This document shows positions 54,286-64,000 of a stretch of 64,000 nt of DNA, one piece after another; the first letter of the stretch is position 1; each line of letters starts with the position of its first letter. A model generated the notes under the pieces. The model saw only the letters and a list, made by a program, of their open reading frames with translations. It searched no databases and was not told where the DNA came from. Both the position numbers and the translations under genes were made by a program. Origin of the DNA: Microgenomates group bacterium GW2011_GWC1_46_15 (GTDB taxonomy: Bacteria; Patescibacteriota; Microgenomatia; UBA1400; UBA12028); assembly GCA_001002285.1 (NCBI GenBank), contig LCLX01000002.1, forward strand, positions 3,827-67,826. The letters run 5' to 3'.

Positions 54286-55482
54286 ATGCATCGCACACCA
54301 TACACTATTGATGAAGTTCTATCCCGTGGGGTTGAGCAGGTTTTGCCGTCTGCGGATGGGCTCGCCGCGCTTATGGGAAAGAAAAAAATCACGTTGTACC
54401 TTGGAATTGACCCGACCGGTAACCAACTCCATCTCGGTCATTCTGTTGTGTTGCGCAAGCTTCAGCAGTTTGCCGACCTGGGCCACAATGTCATTTTGCT
54501 CATTGGAAACGGCACCGTCAAAATTGGCGATCCAACCGGAAAAGATAAAACCCGTCCTATGCTCACAGAAGAGCAGATCGAGGAACACTTCAAAACATGG
54601 AAAGCGCAGGCATCAAAAGTATTGAACTTTGACACGATTGAGATTAGGCGCAATGGCGACTGGCTCGACAAACTGACGTTTCCGCAAATCGTAAAGTTGT
54701 TGGCTACAACTACCGTCCAGCAACTGTTGGAACGCGATATGTTCCAGGAACGCATCAAAAAAGGGTTACCCATTTTTACGCATGAACTCATTTACCCTCT
54801 TTTACAAGGGTACGACTCTGTTGTGATGGATGTGGACTTGGAAATTGGCGGCAATGACCAAACGTTTAACATGTTAGTTGGCCGGCATCTGCAGGAAGTC
54901 ATGAATCACCGAGACAAGTTTGTGCTGTCGTGCAAACTGCTTGTTGGGAGTGACGGCAACAAAATGGGCAAGTCGCTTGGCAACTTTATCTCACTCATGG
55001 AAACGCCGGAAAATATGTTTGGCAAGCTCATGTCAATTGTTGACGCCGTCATTCCCGAGTACTTTGAGTTGCTCACCGACGTTCCTTCTGCTGAGATTGC
55101 CACGATCCGCAAACAGTTGGCCGATGGTTCGGTGAATCCGATAGAGCTTAAAAAGAAACTCGCGCTCACGATCACCGCGATGCTCAATGGGGAAGCGGCG
55201 GCAAAATACGCGCATGAATTTTTTGAAAAAACGGTGCAGAACAAAGAGACGCCTGAACATCTTTTAAAGCTCCCAAATCCTCCACTAAACTCTTCTGCAA
55301 CTGTTCTTGATTACGCAATGGGAACAGCCATCCCGCAAAGTAAAACCGAAGCCAGGAGAACAATAGAACAAGGCGGTTTTAGCATTGATAATAAAAAATA
55401 TATAGATCCTTCGCAAATTCCAGAGGTTGTTCCAAATTCGTCTACTGTAAAGTACGGAAAAAGGGGAATATTTAAAATCTAA
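54286..55482 (+). CDS. tyrS: tyrosyl-tRNA synthetase
   Basis: HIGH-class motif HLGH, KMGKS (KMSKS), C-terminal S4-like domain. Confidence 0.85.
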   Translation: MHRTPYTIDEVLSRGVEQVLPSADGLAALMGKKKITLYLGIDPTGNQLHLGHSVVLRKLQQFADLGHNVILLIGNGTVKIGDPTGKDKTRPMLTEEQIEEHFKTWKAQASKVLNFDTIEIRRNGDWLDKLTFPQIVKLLATTTVQQLLERDMFQERIKKGLPIFTHELIYPLLQGYDSVVMDVDLEIGGNDQTFNMLVGRHLQEVMNHRDKFVLSCKLLVGSDGNKMGKSLGNFISLMETPENMFGKLMSIVDAVIPEYFELLTDVPSAEIATIRKQLADGSVNPIELKKKLALTITAMLNGEAAAKYAHEFFEKTVQNKETPEHLLKLPNPPLNSSATVLDYAMGTAIPQSKTEARRTIEQGGFSIDNKKYIDPSQIPEVVPNSSTVKYGKRGIFKI

Positions 55483-55650
55483 CTATGTACTCTAAAAAAG
55501 GCAGACGCATTGCATTGATTATCTTTATTATCGTTGCACTTACGATGATTTTAAGCGGGCTTGCGCAGGGATTTTTGTTTTTTTAATCGGGAAGATTTTT
55601 CAATCCATATAGTGTAGACATTCTGCAAAAGTTGCTCTGCTCGCTCAAAA

Positions 55651-56475
55651 TCATTGTTTCTTGGCATGCCGTAATTCCTCAATATGTGCGTAGTATTGTT
55701 GTGTGGCATTCTCAATATGTTTTTGATCTCCCACATATATGATTGCTCTTGATATTGTCATGATCAATCCGTTTTTCTTTGCATTTAATCCCGCGTGAAG
55801 TATGCGTTGAAGATTTCCACCCTGCGCACCAACTCCCGGAACGAGAATCATCATGTCTCCAACGATGTTCCGCACTTTTTCAAGTTCGCTCGGGTACGTT
55901 GCACCAACAACAAGCATACAGTTTTTGTTGGTATTCCAGCGTTTTGCTACATTTCGAGCAACGCGAAGATACAATGATCCGTTGCGCATACCATAGACAT
56001 CCTGAAACTCGCCGGCGCCAGGATTTGATGTTCGGCACAACACAATACACGCTTTATCTTTTCTCTCTAAAAAAGGCTGCAGAGCCTGTTTACCCAAATA
56101 TGGATTGAGTGTAATTGCATCTACACCAAGATACTCAAACGCAAACTTCACAGAACCTGCGTTTGTTGAATCAATGTCACCGCGTTTTGCGTCCAAAATG
56201 ATCGGGATATCCGGATGTTTTTTATGGAGAAATGCGCATGTGTCGTGCAGTTGTTGTATTCCATGCGCACCGAATGCTTCATAAAATGCGCTGTTCAGTT
56301 TATATGCACAAACATAGTGATGTGTCGCACTAATCACCATCACATTAAAATCAAAAAGAGGGGTCTTTGATGAATGAAATTTTTTCGGCATTGATTGAAG
56401 GTCAGGATCGAGACCAACACAAAGCAAAGAATGTGCTTTTTTCATTCGCCGTTCAATGCGCTGCATCGCTGTCAT
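55651..56475 (-). CDS. pyrF: orotidine 5'-phosphate decarboxylase
   Basis: LCVGLDP...ILDAKRGDI catalytic Lys/Asp motif; overlaps pyrE stop (ATGA). Confidence 0.8.
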   Translation of the reverse strand: MTAMQRIERRMKKAHSLLCVGLDPDLQSMPKKFHSSKTPLFDFNVMVISATHHYVCAYKLNSAFYEAFGAHGIQQLHDTCAFLHKKHPDIPIILDAKRGDIDSTNAGSVKFAFEYLGVDAITLNPYLGKQALQPFLERKDKACIVLCRTSNPGAGEFQDVYGMRNGSLYLRVARNVAKRWNTNKNCMLVVGATYPSELEKVRNIVGDMMILVPGVGAQGGNLQRILHAGLNAKKNGLIMTISRAIIYVGDQKHIENATQQYYAHIEELRHAKKQ

Positions 56476-57080
56476 ACGTGTTCCAAGTATTCAAGCAGTT
56501 TTTTTTCAACTGTTTTCGTGATTTTTTTCTTTGTAACGAGTACTCTGAGAAGTTCTTTTAATGTACACAGCGGATGAAGCGCAATGCCGTGCTTCGCAAG
56601 TTCTTTTTTTCCTCCCTGCTCGCGGTCGAGGACAACAACAACATCGGATACACGTAGCCCAACCGCTTTTAGTTCATCAATCGCTTCAAGTTTACTCGTA
56701 GCCGCAGTGATTAAATCGTCAATTACAAGAACTTTTTGATTTTTAGAGAAGACCCCATCCACTTTGACTCCAAGTCCATGTTTTTTGCTTTGCATCCGCG
56801 GCAAAATATGCGGAGTGTTCGATATAAGTGAAAATGCAACGCCAAGCGGAAAAGCCCCAAGCGGAATACCTGCAACGAGGTCGTAGTGGAGTTTTTGTTT
56901 TTTTGCGAGCACGTACATCATGTTTGCAATGTCTTTGAGTACTAGGGGAAATGACTGAAGTGCGCGAAGGTTTATATAAATTGGTGACCATGAACCATCC
57001 TTCAGTATCCACCCTTTATTGAAATCGATTTTTACCGCACCAATGGTGTAAAATTGCAAAATAAGTGAAGAAGGTGTCAT
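56472..57080 (-). CDS. pyrE: orotate phosphoribosyltransferase
   Basis: PRPP-binding motif KVLVIDDLITAATS; start set at MTPSSL with GGGAGG RBS. Confidence 0.8.
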   Translation of the reverse strand: MTPSSLILQFYTIGAVKIDFNKGWILKDGSWSPIYINLRALQSFPLVLKDIANMMYVLAKKQKLHYDLVAGIPLGAFPLGVAFSLISNTPHILPRMQSKKHGLGVKVDGVFSKNQKVLVIDDLITAATSKLEAIDELKAVGLRVSDVVVVLDREQGGKKELAKHGIALHPLCTLKELLRVLVTKKKITKTVEKKLLEYLEHV

Positions 57081-57126
57081 GAAAAGCCTCCCGCTATTGT
57101 AACGGCGAGAGGAGCGGGAATGCAAG

Positions 57127-59022
57127 ATGTTCTACAATACATCCATGCTCTCGCTTTCTTCACCAATATCTGAAGTAAAAGGAGTCGGAGAAACTACTTC
57201 AAAAAAGTTTTCAGCTCACGCAAAACTCGGGGAACAGGTAAGCATTGCCGCCGAAGTTACGTCAATCACACAGTTCCGTACACGCCGGGGGCTTATTGTT
57301 GTAAAGGCACGCATTGCAGACACTACCGGTTCGTTCGATATTGTGTGGTTCAATCAGCCATATGTAATGACCGTGTTGAAAAAGGGAACACAAAAAATGT
57401 TTAGCGGGAAAGTTGTTGTCAACACATTTTCCAAAAAAATGACGTTGCAAAATCCAACACTGGAAGACGTAGAAAAAGATGAGTACCTCCACAGCAGCCG
57501 GCGCGTTCCCGTGTATCCCGAAACCGAGGATCTTTCTTCGCGCGTGATCCGCACTATTGTTTCGCGCGTTTTGCACCACACGCCCAACATCCCCGATGTG
57601 TTTTCTGCTGATTTCCGCGCGGCCCATCATTTGCCGTCTTTTGATCAAACACTACGGCTTATCCATTTTCCAGAAGACGATACCAATGTTGAAACATATA
57701 AACGGCGTCTCGCGTTTCAAGAGGTGTTTACGCTTTTGCAACAAGCAAAGGAGCGGCAAAAAGCACTTCATATGATAAAAGTTCCGAACGTACTGCATAT
57801 TACGGAAAACGACCGGCTTACGTTTGAGCACACGCTTCCGTTTACATTGTCAATTTCACAAATACACGCACTTGAAGATCTTTCGCGCGATCTTGTGCAA
57901 CCATATCCCAGCAACCGGTTGATTCAGGGAGAGGTGGGGTCGGGGAAAACGGTTGTTGCGGCGTTCGCGCTCTATTGTGCGGTCAAACAAGGAACAGATG
58001 CTATCTTTATCGCGCCAACGCATATTGTCGCGCATCAACATCTCCATACTCTGGAACCCATCTTCAAAAAACTTGGCGTTTCTACACAACTCATTACTGC
58101 AGATCATCCGCTCAAAGAAAAACGCGCTAAAACTGGGGGGATTGTGTACATCGGTACACACGCGTTATTTCAACACGCAAAAACACTAAAGCCCGCGGTT
58201 GTTGTCATTGATGAAGAACACCGATTTGGCGTGGAACAACGCGACACATTTTGGAGTGCAATAAAAAAACCACATTTGATTACGATGACCGCAACGCCAA
58301 TCCCGCGGACCGTCGCATATACCGTGTTTGCCGACCGTGAGGTAAGTTACATCGAAGAAATTCCAGAAAAACGCAAACACACAACAACAAAAGTGATCGC
58401 TCCCGCAAACCGCGCACAAACATACGAGCGGATCAAAAAGAAGATACTCAACGATCATATTCAAGTATTTATCGTGTGCCCCTTCATTCAGGAATCGGAA
58501 AAAGAAACACTTTCATCAATTAAAGCGGCAGAGAAAGAATACGAAACGATTCGTAAAATTTTTGCTGATTTCAACATTGCTCTGCTTCATGGAAAAACAC
58601 CGAAAGAAAAACGCGACACCATTTTTACAAACATGCGTGACGGTAAAATCGATATTCTTGTTTCCACACCAATCATTGAAGTCGGTGTCGATATTCCCAA
58701 TGCATCAATCATGATTATCGAAGGCGCTGAACGGTTCGGCCTGGCTCAACTCCACCAGCTTCGCGGACGCGTAGGTAGAGCGGGGCAAGAGGCATTTTGT
58801 CTTTTATTTACCAGTGAAGGGATTGGCGAAACAAAGCGATTGCGGATTTTGGAAACACATGACAATGGGAACGAACTCGCGGAACTCGATCTCAAACTGC
58901 GGGGAAGCGGAGAGCTGCTTGGAACACAACAACATGGGTGGAACACGCTTAAGTTTGCCAGTTGGTTTGACACGGAACTCATTCAGGAGTGTAAAAAGGC
59001 GATTGATCAAGAAATTTCTTGA
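57127..59022 (+). CDS. recG: ATP-dependent DNA helicase RecG
   Basis: N-terminal wedge/OB domain, SF2 motifs GEVGSGKT and DEEHRFG, C-terminal TRG motif region. Confidence 0.85.
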   Translation: MFYNTSMLSLSSPISEVKGVGETTSKKFSAHAKLGEQVSIAAEVTSITQFRTRRGLIVVKARIADTTGSFDIVWFNQPYVMTVLKKGTQKMFSGKVVVNTFSKKMTLQNPTLEDVEKDEYLHSSRRVPVYPETEDLSSRVIRTIVSRVLHHTPNIPDVFSADFRAAHHLPSFDQTLRLIHFPEDDTNVETYKRRLAFQEVFTLLQQAKERQKALHMIKVPNVLHITENDRLTFEHTLPFTLSISQIHALEDLSRDLVQPYPSNRLIQGEVGSGKTVVAAFALYCAVKQGTDAIFIAPTHIVAHQHLHTLEPIFKKLGVSTQLITADHPLKEKRAKTGGIVYIGTHALFQHAKTLKPAVVVIDEEHRFGVEQRDTFWSAIKKPHLITMTATPIPRTVAYTVFADREVSYIEEIPEKRKHTTTKVIAPANRAQTYERIKKKILNDHIQVFIVCPFIQESEKETLSSIKAAEKEYETIRKIFADFNIALLHGKTPKEKRDTIFTNMRDGKIDILVSTPIIEVGVDIPNASIMIIEGAERFGLAQLHQLRGRVGRAGQEAFCLLFTSEGIGETKRLRILETHDNGNELAELDLKLRGSGELLGTQQHGWNTLKFASWFDTELIQECKKAIDQEIS

Positions 59023-59034
59023 TATAATCACCCC

Positions 59035-59352
59035 ATGGTAGAAAATGGAACGTTTTACATCCGCGAACATCATTTAAAATTCCGTATCACTGCGAAGTGT
59101 TTGAGCAACAAAACTCCTGAAGAATTGGCTGAAGATTGGATCCGTGGGATTGATAGAAATCCCAAATATCAAACGCTTCAACATCCTGATGTTCGCGAGG
59201 CAATGAGAGATGGATATGCTCAACATATTCGTAACTTTCGTGCAGGCAAAAAACAAAAAATTGTAGAGGGAGTTGAGTTGTCCTTGGACCCGATTTGCGC
59301 AATGTGTATCAATGAGTGGTGTGGAGACTCTACAGTGTATAGAAAAAAATAA
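59035..59352 (+). CDS. hypothetical protein
   Basis: 105 aa; C-terminal CAMCINEWCGD; no motif. Confidence 0.35.
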   Translation: MVENGTFYIREHHLKFRITAKCLSNKTPEELAEDWIRGIDRNPKYQTLQHPDVREAMRDGYAQHIRNFRAGKKQKIVEGVELSLDPICAMCINEWCGDSTVYRKK

Positions 59353-59356
59353 GAAA

Positions 59357-60607
59357 TTACTTCTTTTTCTCCGTTACCATCTCACCTAACATCTTGATCG
59401 GCCATATCATAAAAAGTTGAATGCACGCGATGATCAACGGCGCCCACCGCAAAGCCGTATTCTGGGAAAATGCCACAAGAAGTCCAATCACGATGAGTAT
59501 TCCGCCCAACCGCCCAATGTTAAAAAAAAGTTCATTGTCGCACACATACGCGTACTGGTCAGCGGGACCATCCGCTTCCTGCTCCATCACTTCCATGACA
59601 ACCGAGTAACTTGATGGCCACTGGAGTACATACACAATCGTAAACGCAAGCGTGTACACGAATGCGCCAAACCAAGTAAACCAGCTTGCGAGAAATCCTG
59701 ATGCAAGGACAAAAATCACAGCTCCCACCGCAACAAACATCCACGAATGACGAAGGCTCGTTTTCCGCCCAATGACATAGAGCATAAACGCAGAAAGCCC
59801 CGCTGTTACCGCCTGCAATGTCCCCAAGACACCTTCACCGCCAATGAGGGTCAGGATTAACACACTTCCCATTGCGAGTGCTATCCCTACTTGGAGGTTA
59901 TATAGGATATGAAATAAACGCACGATCCACCATCGTCTCGTAACGTGTTTCACTACCAATCCATACACTGTTTCGTTACGCATCGTCGAACTCTGAAGCA
60001 CTCCTCCAGCAAGAATCGTGCATATCAACCCCACCACCATCACGACTTTATATGAAAGTTCATGCGCGTACCATTCAGTATGGTCTCCAAATGCGATAAA
60101 CCACCCGGCAAGTACTGGGACTACGATGTTAATCATTAAATCTACACTTGATTCGATACTGTTGTAGTACACTTTATTGGTTCCGCGCGTTAGTTTTAAA
60201 CTCAAGTAGTTTTTGTTTGCCCAGTACAGTCCTCCGCCAACACCATATAGTAATCCAAACATTCCAATATCTTGCACTGTTTTCGTGGCAAGAAATACAA
60301 CGCTCAGTGCGGTGATCCCTTGGAGCACTGCTCCAATAAAGTACAGCCGTAGCACATGAATTTTGCGCAGAAGGAAACCGTTGAGATAAAACCCGATCGG
60401 CAAACCGGTAATATATCCCAAATTGTAGATAATGACCCACCATATGCCCCCCGAAGTTCTCCACAAGTACGCATCCATAAATGTTGCAATGAGCGGATAC
60501 GACATGAGATACAAAAAATACGACAATAGAAGGTGCCGCGTGTCTTTGTGCAACGCACGGTAGTGTGAAAGCTCTATACTAATCCGTCTTTTTATCGAGT
60601 GGAACAT
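59357..60607 (-). CDS. major facilitator superfamily-like transporter
   Basis: ~12 predicted TM helices in two halves; 416 aa. Confidence 0.55.
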   Translation of the reverse strand: MFHSIKRRISIELSHYRALHKDTRHLLLSYFLYLMSYPLIATFMDAYLWRTSGGIWWVIIYNLGYITGLPIGFYLNGFLLRKIHVLRLYFIGAVLQGITALSVVFLATKTVQDIGMFGLLYGVGGGLYWANKNYLSLKLTRGTNKVYYNSIESSVDLMINIVVPVLAGWFIAFGDHTEWYAHELSYKVVMVVGLICTILAGGVLQSSTMRNETVYGLVVKHVTRRWWIVRLFHILYNLQVGIALAMGSVLILTLIGGEGVLGTLQAVTAGLSAFMLYVIGRKTSLRHSWMFVAVGAVIFVLASGFLASWFTWFGAFVYTLAFTIVYVLQWPSSYSVVMEVMEQEADGPADQYAYVCDNELFFNIGRLGGILIVIGLLVAFSQNTALRWAPLIIACIQLFMIWPIKMLGEMVTEKKK

Positions 60608-60888
60608 GGAGTAAGTATACCGCTCGCTCTATAAGAAGTGAAATTACTCTGTACATCAATGCCTTCTGATATAATTCAGATACTGTCAATAAACATGGAG
60701 GAAGTATGGCAACCCCAAATAAAGACGCTTTGCAGTATCCCGTACCACCTGGCGAGCGAGAAAGTTGTCCGAAAAGAGAAGAGTACTTTGTTCTTCTTTC
60801 TCCTTGGGCTGGATTTGGCGCGGGGACCATTGTTGCGCGGAGAAAGCATACGGGTACTTTATATGGAGTTGTTGACGGTCATTACCCC

Positions 60889-61419
60889 CTACTTCTTTTT
60901 CCCTACCAGGTATCCTTTTGTTTCTAGAAACTCTACAACCGCTTCATATGTTATTGCTGAAGAAGGCAGCTCCCCATATTTTCTCCCCTCAGAAGCATTC
61001 TCAAAAATAATGACGTGATTGTATGTGTTTATGCCATCGGCAAAGGGTTTGATTGCATCATCAAGAAGAACGTTCTTAACTGTAAAGCTCTGTCCATCAG
61101 CTATCCTGATAAGTGATTGTCCCACTAGTCTATGAGGATTTTCTTTTTCATGAGCTTGTTGTAGCTTCGCTTGCTCTAACCGATACGCTAACCATTTCTG
61201 ATAAAATTCTTGATATGAAGACTCTTTTCCTCTTTGTGTCTCAATCCAATACGCTTTTTGACCTTTAAAAATTTCAGCTTCCGCGCTTCCTATAGCGATA
61301 ACGGCTCCCGGACCTCCACTAAGAACACATATTAAATCGAGTTCTCGTACTAATGCTTTGAACGCTACCTCTTCTACATCTTCAACAATCCATACTCCTT
61401 GGGCTTCCTGTAATGGCAT
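60889..61419 (-). CDS. hypothetical protein (possible Rossmann-like fold)
   Basis: 176 aa; CVLSGGPGAVIAIGSAEAEI glycine-rich segment; no firm family. Confidence 0.35.
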   Translation of the reverse strand: MPLQEAQGVWIVEDVEEVAFKALVRELDLICVLSGGPGAVIAIGSAEAEIFKGQKAYWIETQRGKESSYQEFYQKWLAYRLEQAKLQQAHEKENPHRLVGQSLIRIADGQSFTVKNVLLDDAIKPFADGINTYNHVIIFENASEGRKYGELPSSAITYEAVVEFLETKGYLVGKKK

Positions 61420-61538
61420 AGGATGTTCCTTTCTCTATTTTATATTGATCTAAAGCGCATTATATCACTTATAGTACAAAGACAGATTCCATAATATGTG
61501 AATTGCAAATTTTCAAACTTCCAGGTAGAATACCCCTC

Positions 61539-61742
61539 ATGGGACCACTACCAAAGCGTCGTCACTCCACCGGAAGAGGCGGAAGACGATATAAAAACAT
61601 CAAGCAGGAAGTTGAGCATCTTCTAACATGCCAGAACTGTGGCGCGAAGAAGTTGAGCCACCGCGTATGTCCAGCGTGTGGAACATACTCCGCATCAGAA
61701 GCCAAGAAAACTGAAACAAAAAGCAAGAAACAGGCCAAGTAG
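61539..61742 (+). CDS. rpmF: 50S ribosomal protein L32
   Basis: KRRHSTGRGGRRY...CxxC...CxxCG zinc ribbon typical of L32; start at MGPLPK. Confidence 0.85.
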   Translation: MGPLPKRRHSTGRGGRRYKNIKQEVEHLLTCQNCGAKKLSHRVCPACGTYSASEAKKTETKSKKQAK

Positions 61743-61751
61743 CCACACACC

Positions 61752-62138
61752 GTGAAAACTTCCGCAGATCCCAGACATCAAAAACGCATCACGAGAATGC
61801 GGGCAGCGTTCGCATATAGCTTTTCTCCCGAAACACAAGACGAAACAAAAGAAAAAGATTCAAACCTAAGTGCTATCGCAAAAAAACTCCCAAAATATGA
61901 CGCGCTTATCGCCGAAGCCGCTCCCGAATGGCCAATCAGCCAAATCAATAAAGTTGATCTCGCCATTCTGCGCGTTTCTATCCATGAGCTTCTTCAAAAC
62001 AAGACTCCCGAAAAAGTGGTGATTGATGAGGCGGTTGAGATTGCAAAACAGTATGGCGCGGAAAAAAGCCCCGCGTTTGTGAACGGAGTGTTAGCTACGA
62101 TCCTCGCACACCGCACTGCAACAAAAAAGTCCTCCTGA
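61752..62138 (+). CDS. nusB: transcription antitermination factor NusB
   Basis: RHQKR...DLAILRVSIHELL...IDEAVEIAKQYG...FVNGVL, typical NusB; 128 aa. Confidence 0.8.
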   Translation: MKTSADPRHQKRITRMRAAFAYSFSPETQDETKEKDSNLSAIAKKLPKYDALIAEAAPEWPISQINKVDLAILRVSIHELLQNKTPEKVVIDEAVEIAKQYGAEKSPAFVNGVLATILAHRTATKKSS

Positions 62139-62207
62139 CAGAGGACTCTCTCTAGACACGAAAAGTCTGCTTGACACATCCTTTGAAAAGCAATACAAAG
62201 AATAGGT

Positions 62208-62468
62208 ATGGACAGGCAAGACATTTTAAAAACCATTCAAACCGTGTGCAGTGAAACGGTCGGCATTGATCCCAAGGAGATTACGCCGCACGCCGATCTG
62301 CGTGACGACCTTGGGTTGTCACTCCCCGATATTGCCAATATTTTGACCAACCTCCAGGCACCATTTCACCTGGTGATCCCAAAAGAACAGGTAAAGTCGC
62401 TATTGGTAGACATGGTCACGGTTGAGGACATCATCACGTTTGTTGAAGACGAACTGGTCATGTCGTAG
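62208..62468 (+). CDS. acyl carrier protein-like small acidic protein
   Basis: 86 aa, acidic, DDLGLSLPDI resembles the ACP DLGxDSL phosphopantetheine site; upstream of rnc as in the Firmicute acpP-rnc arrangement. Confidence 0.45.
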   Translation: MDRQDILKTIQTVCSETVGIDPKEITPHADLRDDLGLSLPDIANILTNLQAPFHLVIPKEQVKSLLVDMVTVEDIITFVEDELVMS

Positions 62469-62490
62469 TCGGCCATGTCATAATAGACGC

Positions 62491-63156
62491 ATGGATATAC
62501 TTCCGCCCCTTCACGATAGTGCGCTAGAAAAAACAGCATTTACGCATCGTTCAGCACTCAATGAATTTCCTGATTTCACCGAGTCCAACGAGCGATTGGA
62601 GTTCTTAGGCGATGCTGTACTCGAGCTTTCCGCCTCCAAGTACCTCTATGAGAACTTCCCGCAGGACCCCGAGGGAACGCTCACAAACTACCGCTCTTCG
62701 TTGGTTAAAACAACCACTCTGGCAAAACTGGCGGCATCGTTGGGCATGGGTCAGCGTCTCATCTTGAGCAAGGGCGAAGTTCAGGGGGGCGGGCGCACGA
62801 ATACCGCATTGTTGGCAAACACCTTTGAGGCGTACATTGGCGCGTTATACCTCGACCAAGGGTTTGAAACGGTTGATGTATTCCTCCGCGCCCACTTATA
62901 CCCATTACTTGAGGGAATCCGGAGTAAAAATCTGCATAAAGACGCGAAAAGCAAGCTTCAGGAGTACTTGCAGTCCCAGCACGAAGAACCGCCGGTGTAC
63001 ATCGTAACAAAAGAGGACGGGCCGGCACACCAGCGTCTTTTTGAGGTGAGTTTACAGGTGAAAGGAAAAGAAATCGCGACGGCAGAAGGCAAAACAAAAC
63101 AGGACGCGCAGCAGACCGCCGCCACAAAAGCTCTTGAGATACTCGGAAAAACATGA
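62491..63156 (+). CDS. rnc: ribonuclease III
   Basis: RNase III signature ERLEFLGDAVLE plus C-terminal dsRBD; start at MDILPP. Confidence 0.9.
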   Translation: MDILPPLHDSALEKTAFTHRSALNEFPDFTESNERLEFLGDAVLELSASKYLYENFPQDPEGTLTNYRSSLVKTTTLAKLAASLGMGQRLILSKGEVQGGGRTNTALLANTFEAYIGALYLDQGFETVDVFLRAHLYPLLEGIRSKNLHKDAKSKLQEYLQSQHEEPPVYIVTKEDGPAHQRLFEVSLQVKGKEIATAEGKTKQDAQQTAATKALEILGKT

Positions 63157-63187
63157 TACACTTCGGCTTCTATCGTTAAAGGATTTT

Positions 63188-63448
63188 ATGGTCAAAATTA
63201 AATTGATGAGAACAGGGCGCACACACCAAACGTTGTACCGTATTGTAGTTGTGGAAGAGCGATCCAAACTCACGGGTAAATACGTTGATTTGATTGGAAA
63301 CTACAATCCTTCCGCAAAACCAAAACAGCTACTCCTTGATAAGGCGAAGTATGACGCCTGGCTGAAAAAAGGCGCGCAACCAACCGAAACCGTTGCTTCG
63401 CTTGCAAAACGACAGTTTGCAGAAAAAATCCCGGCAAAGACGAAATAA
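63188..63448 (+). CDS. rpsP: 30S ribosomal protein S16
   Basis: MVKIKLMRTGRTHQTLYRIVVVEERSKLTGKYVDLIGNYNP typical S16. Confidence 0.9.
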   Translation: MVKIKLMRTGRTHQTLYRIVVVEERSKLTGKYVDLIGNYNPSAKPKQLLLDKAKYDAWLKKGAQPTETVASLAKRQFAEKIPAKTK

Positions 63449-63453
63449 TCATC

Positions 63454-63726
63454 ATGAAAAATCTGCTTGAGTTTATCCTTATCCACCTTGTGAACTTTCC
63501 CGATGATGTTGGTGTTGAGGAAACGGTTGGCGAGCGCGAAGACGTGTATACCATTTCTGTGAACGCGGCGGATATTGGCCGCATTATCGGCAAAGCTGGC
63601 AACACAATCCAAGCAATCCGGTCTATTGCAAAAGTTCGCGCAATGAAAGAGCATCGGCTCATCCGTATTTTGGTGAAAGAGCCAGAAGTTTCCGGACAAT
63701 CGTCTACAACAGACGAAACTGTTTAA
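63454..63726 (+). CDS. KH-domain RNA-binding protein (YlqC/UPF0109-like)
   Basis: IGRIIGKAGNTIQAIRSI is a KH GxxG loop; classic position after rpsP. Confidence 0.75.
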   Translation: MKNLLEFILIHLVNFPDDVGVEETVGEREDVYTISVNAADIGRIIGKAGNTIQAIRSIAKVRAMKEHRLIRILVKEPEVSGQSSTTDETV

Positions 63727-63728
63727 CT

Positions 63729-64000
63729 TAGAGTGAGAATGGATTTTCTTTTCCTTGCGTTCCATCTGTGGGCTGTGGGGGAATTGTTGTCGCCTCGTAG
63801 ACTGTGTATTTTGCCAGATCATTTTCGCTGTATTTCTGCTCATCAGTCGTGAGCGAGGGAAGCGGTTTTAGTGCTTCTACACGGGCTGTAAGCGGGGCAT
63901 ACATGACCGAAAGTTTGATCCGCGCTTCATACAGTTTGCCTGACTCGCTTGCTGCTGGAGTTTTATCCTTTTGCGCAAGCGTTTTTGGTACAAGTGTGAA
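63729..64000 (-). CDS. hypothetical protein, C-terminal fragment (N-terminus beyond window end)
   Basis: Manual minus-strand translation ends ...EATTIPPQPTDGTQGKENPFSL* at ~63729, convergent with the KH gene; open to the window edge. Confidence 0.3.

Noticed and set aside
63301-63843. 180-aa minus-strand ORF spanning rpsP and the KH gene
   Set aside because: Antisense to two highly conserved ribosomal-operon genes. The true minus-strand gene at the window end is in a different frame and starts after the KH stop.

Overview
Bacterial chromosomal window, roughly 45-50% GC by eye with several visibly AT-rich accessory patches. It looks like a small-genome, Gram-positive-like or CPR/Patescibacteria-like organism. 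The supporting inferences are a trigger factor without a PPIase domain, a ThrRS lacking its N-terminal domains, a short PheT, and many small DUF membrane proteins. Core content is housekeeping: efp-epmA, thrS-infC-rpmI-rplT-pheS-pheT (infC with an ATT start codon), ruvC-ruvA-ruvB, tyrS, pyrE-pyrF, recG, rpmF-nusB-(ACP-like)-rnc-rpsP-KH, trigger factor, PBP1A, a dNK-family kinase and ten tRNA genes. Accessory content includes: (i) a HigB/HigA-like TA pair next to a solitary Cas4-like Fe-S PD-(D/E)XK nuclease; (ii) a protein made of three tandem topoisomerase-type zinc ribbons next to a GIY-YIG nuclease; (iii) a tRNA array (Phe, Val, Leu, Leu, Arg) interleaved with hypothetical ORFs; (iv) a thiol-disulfide module (DUF2933-CcdA-TlpA plus divergent Cys-containing exported proteins) adjacent to a copper module (two-component system, cupredoxin, CopA, permease::cupredoxin fusion, CopZ); (v) a ~10.6 kb AT-rich island between tRNA-Lys and tRNA-Leu(TAG). 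The island carries DUF3892, a CapH/CapP-like XRE-HTH plus ImmA metallopeptidase pair, a Type III R-M system, an unknown 218-aa protein, a DinD/Bro-N protein, DUF433, an APH-like kinase, a clan GH-A hydrolase and an SLT-like protein. Downstream of the island is a compact promoter-hairpin-terminator unit, a candidate small RNA; (vi) a Fic AMPylase downstream of ruvB. No CRISPR array, rRNA or transposase was seen. All assignments are from motif recognition by eye; no database search was run.
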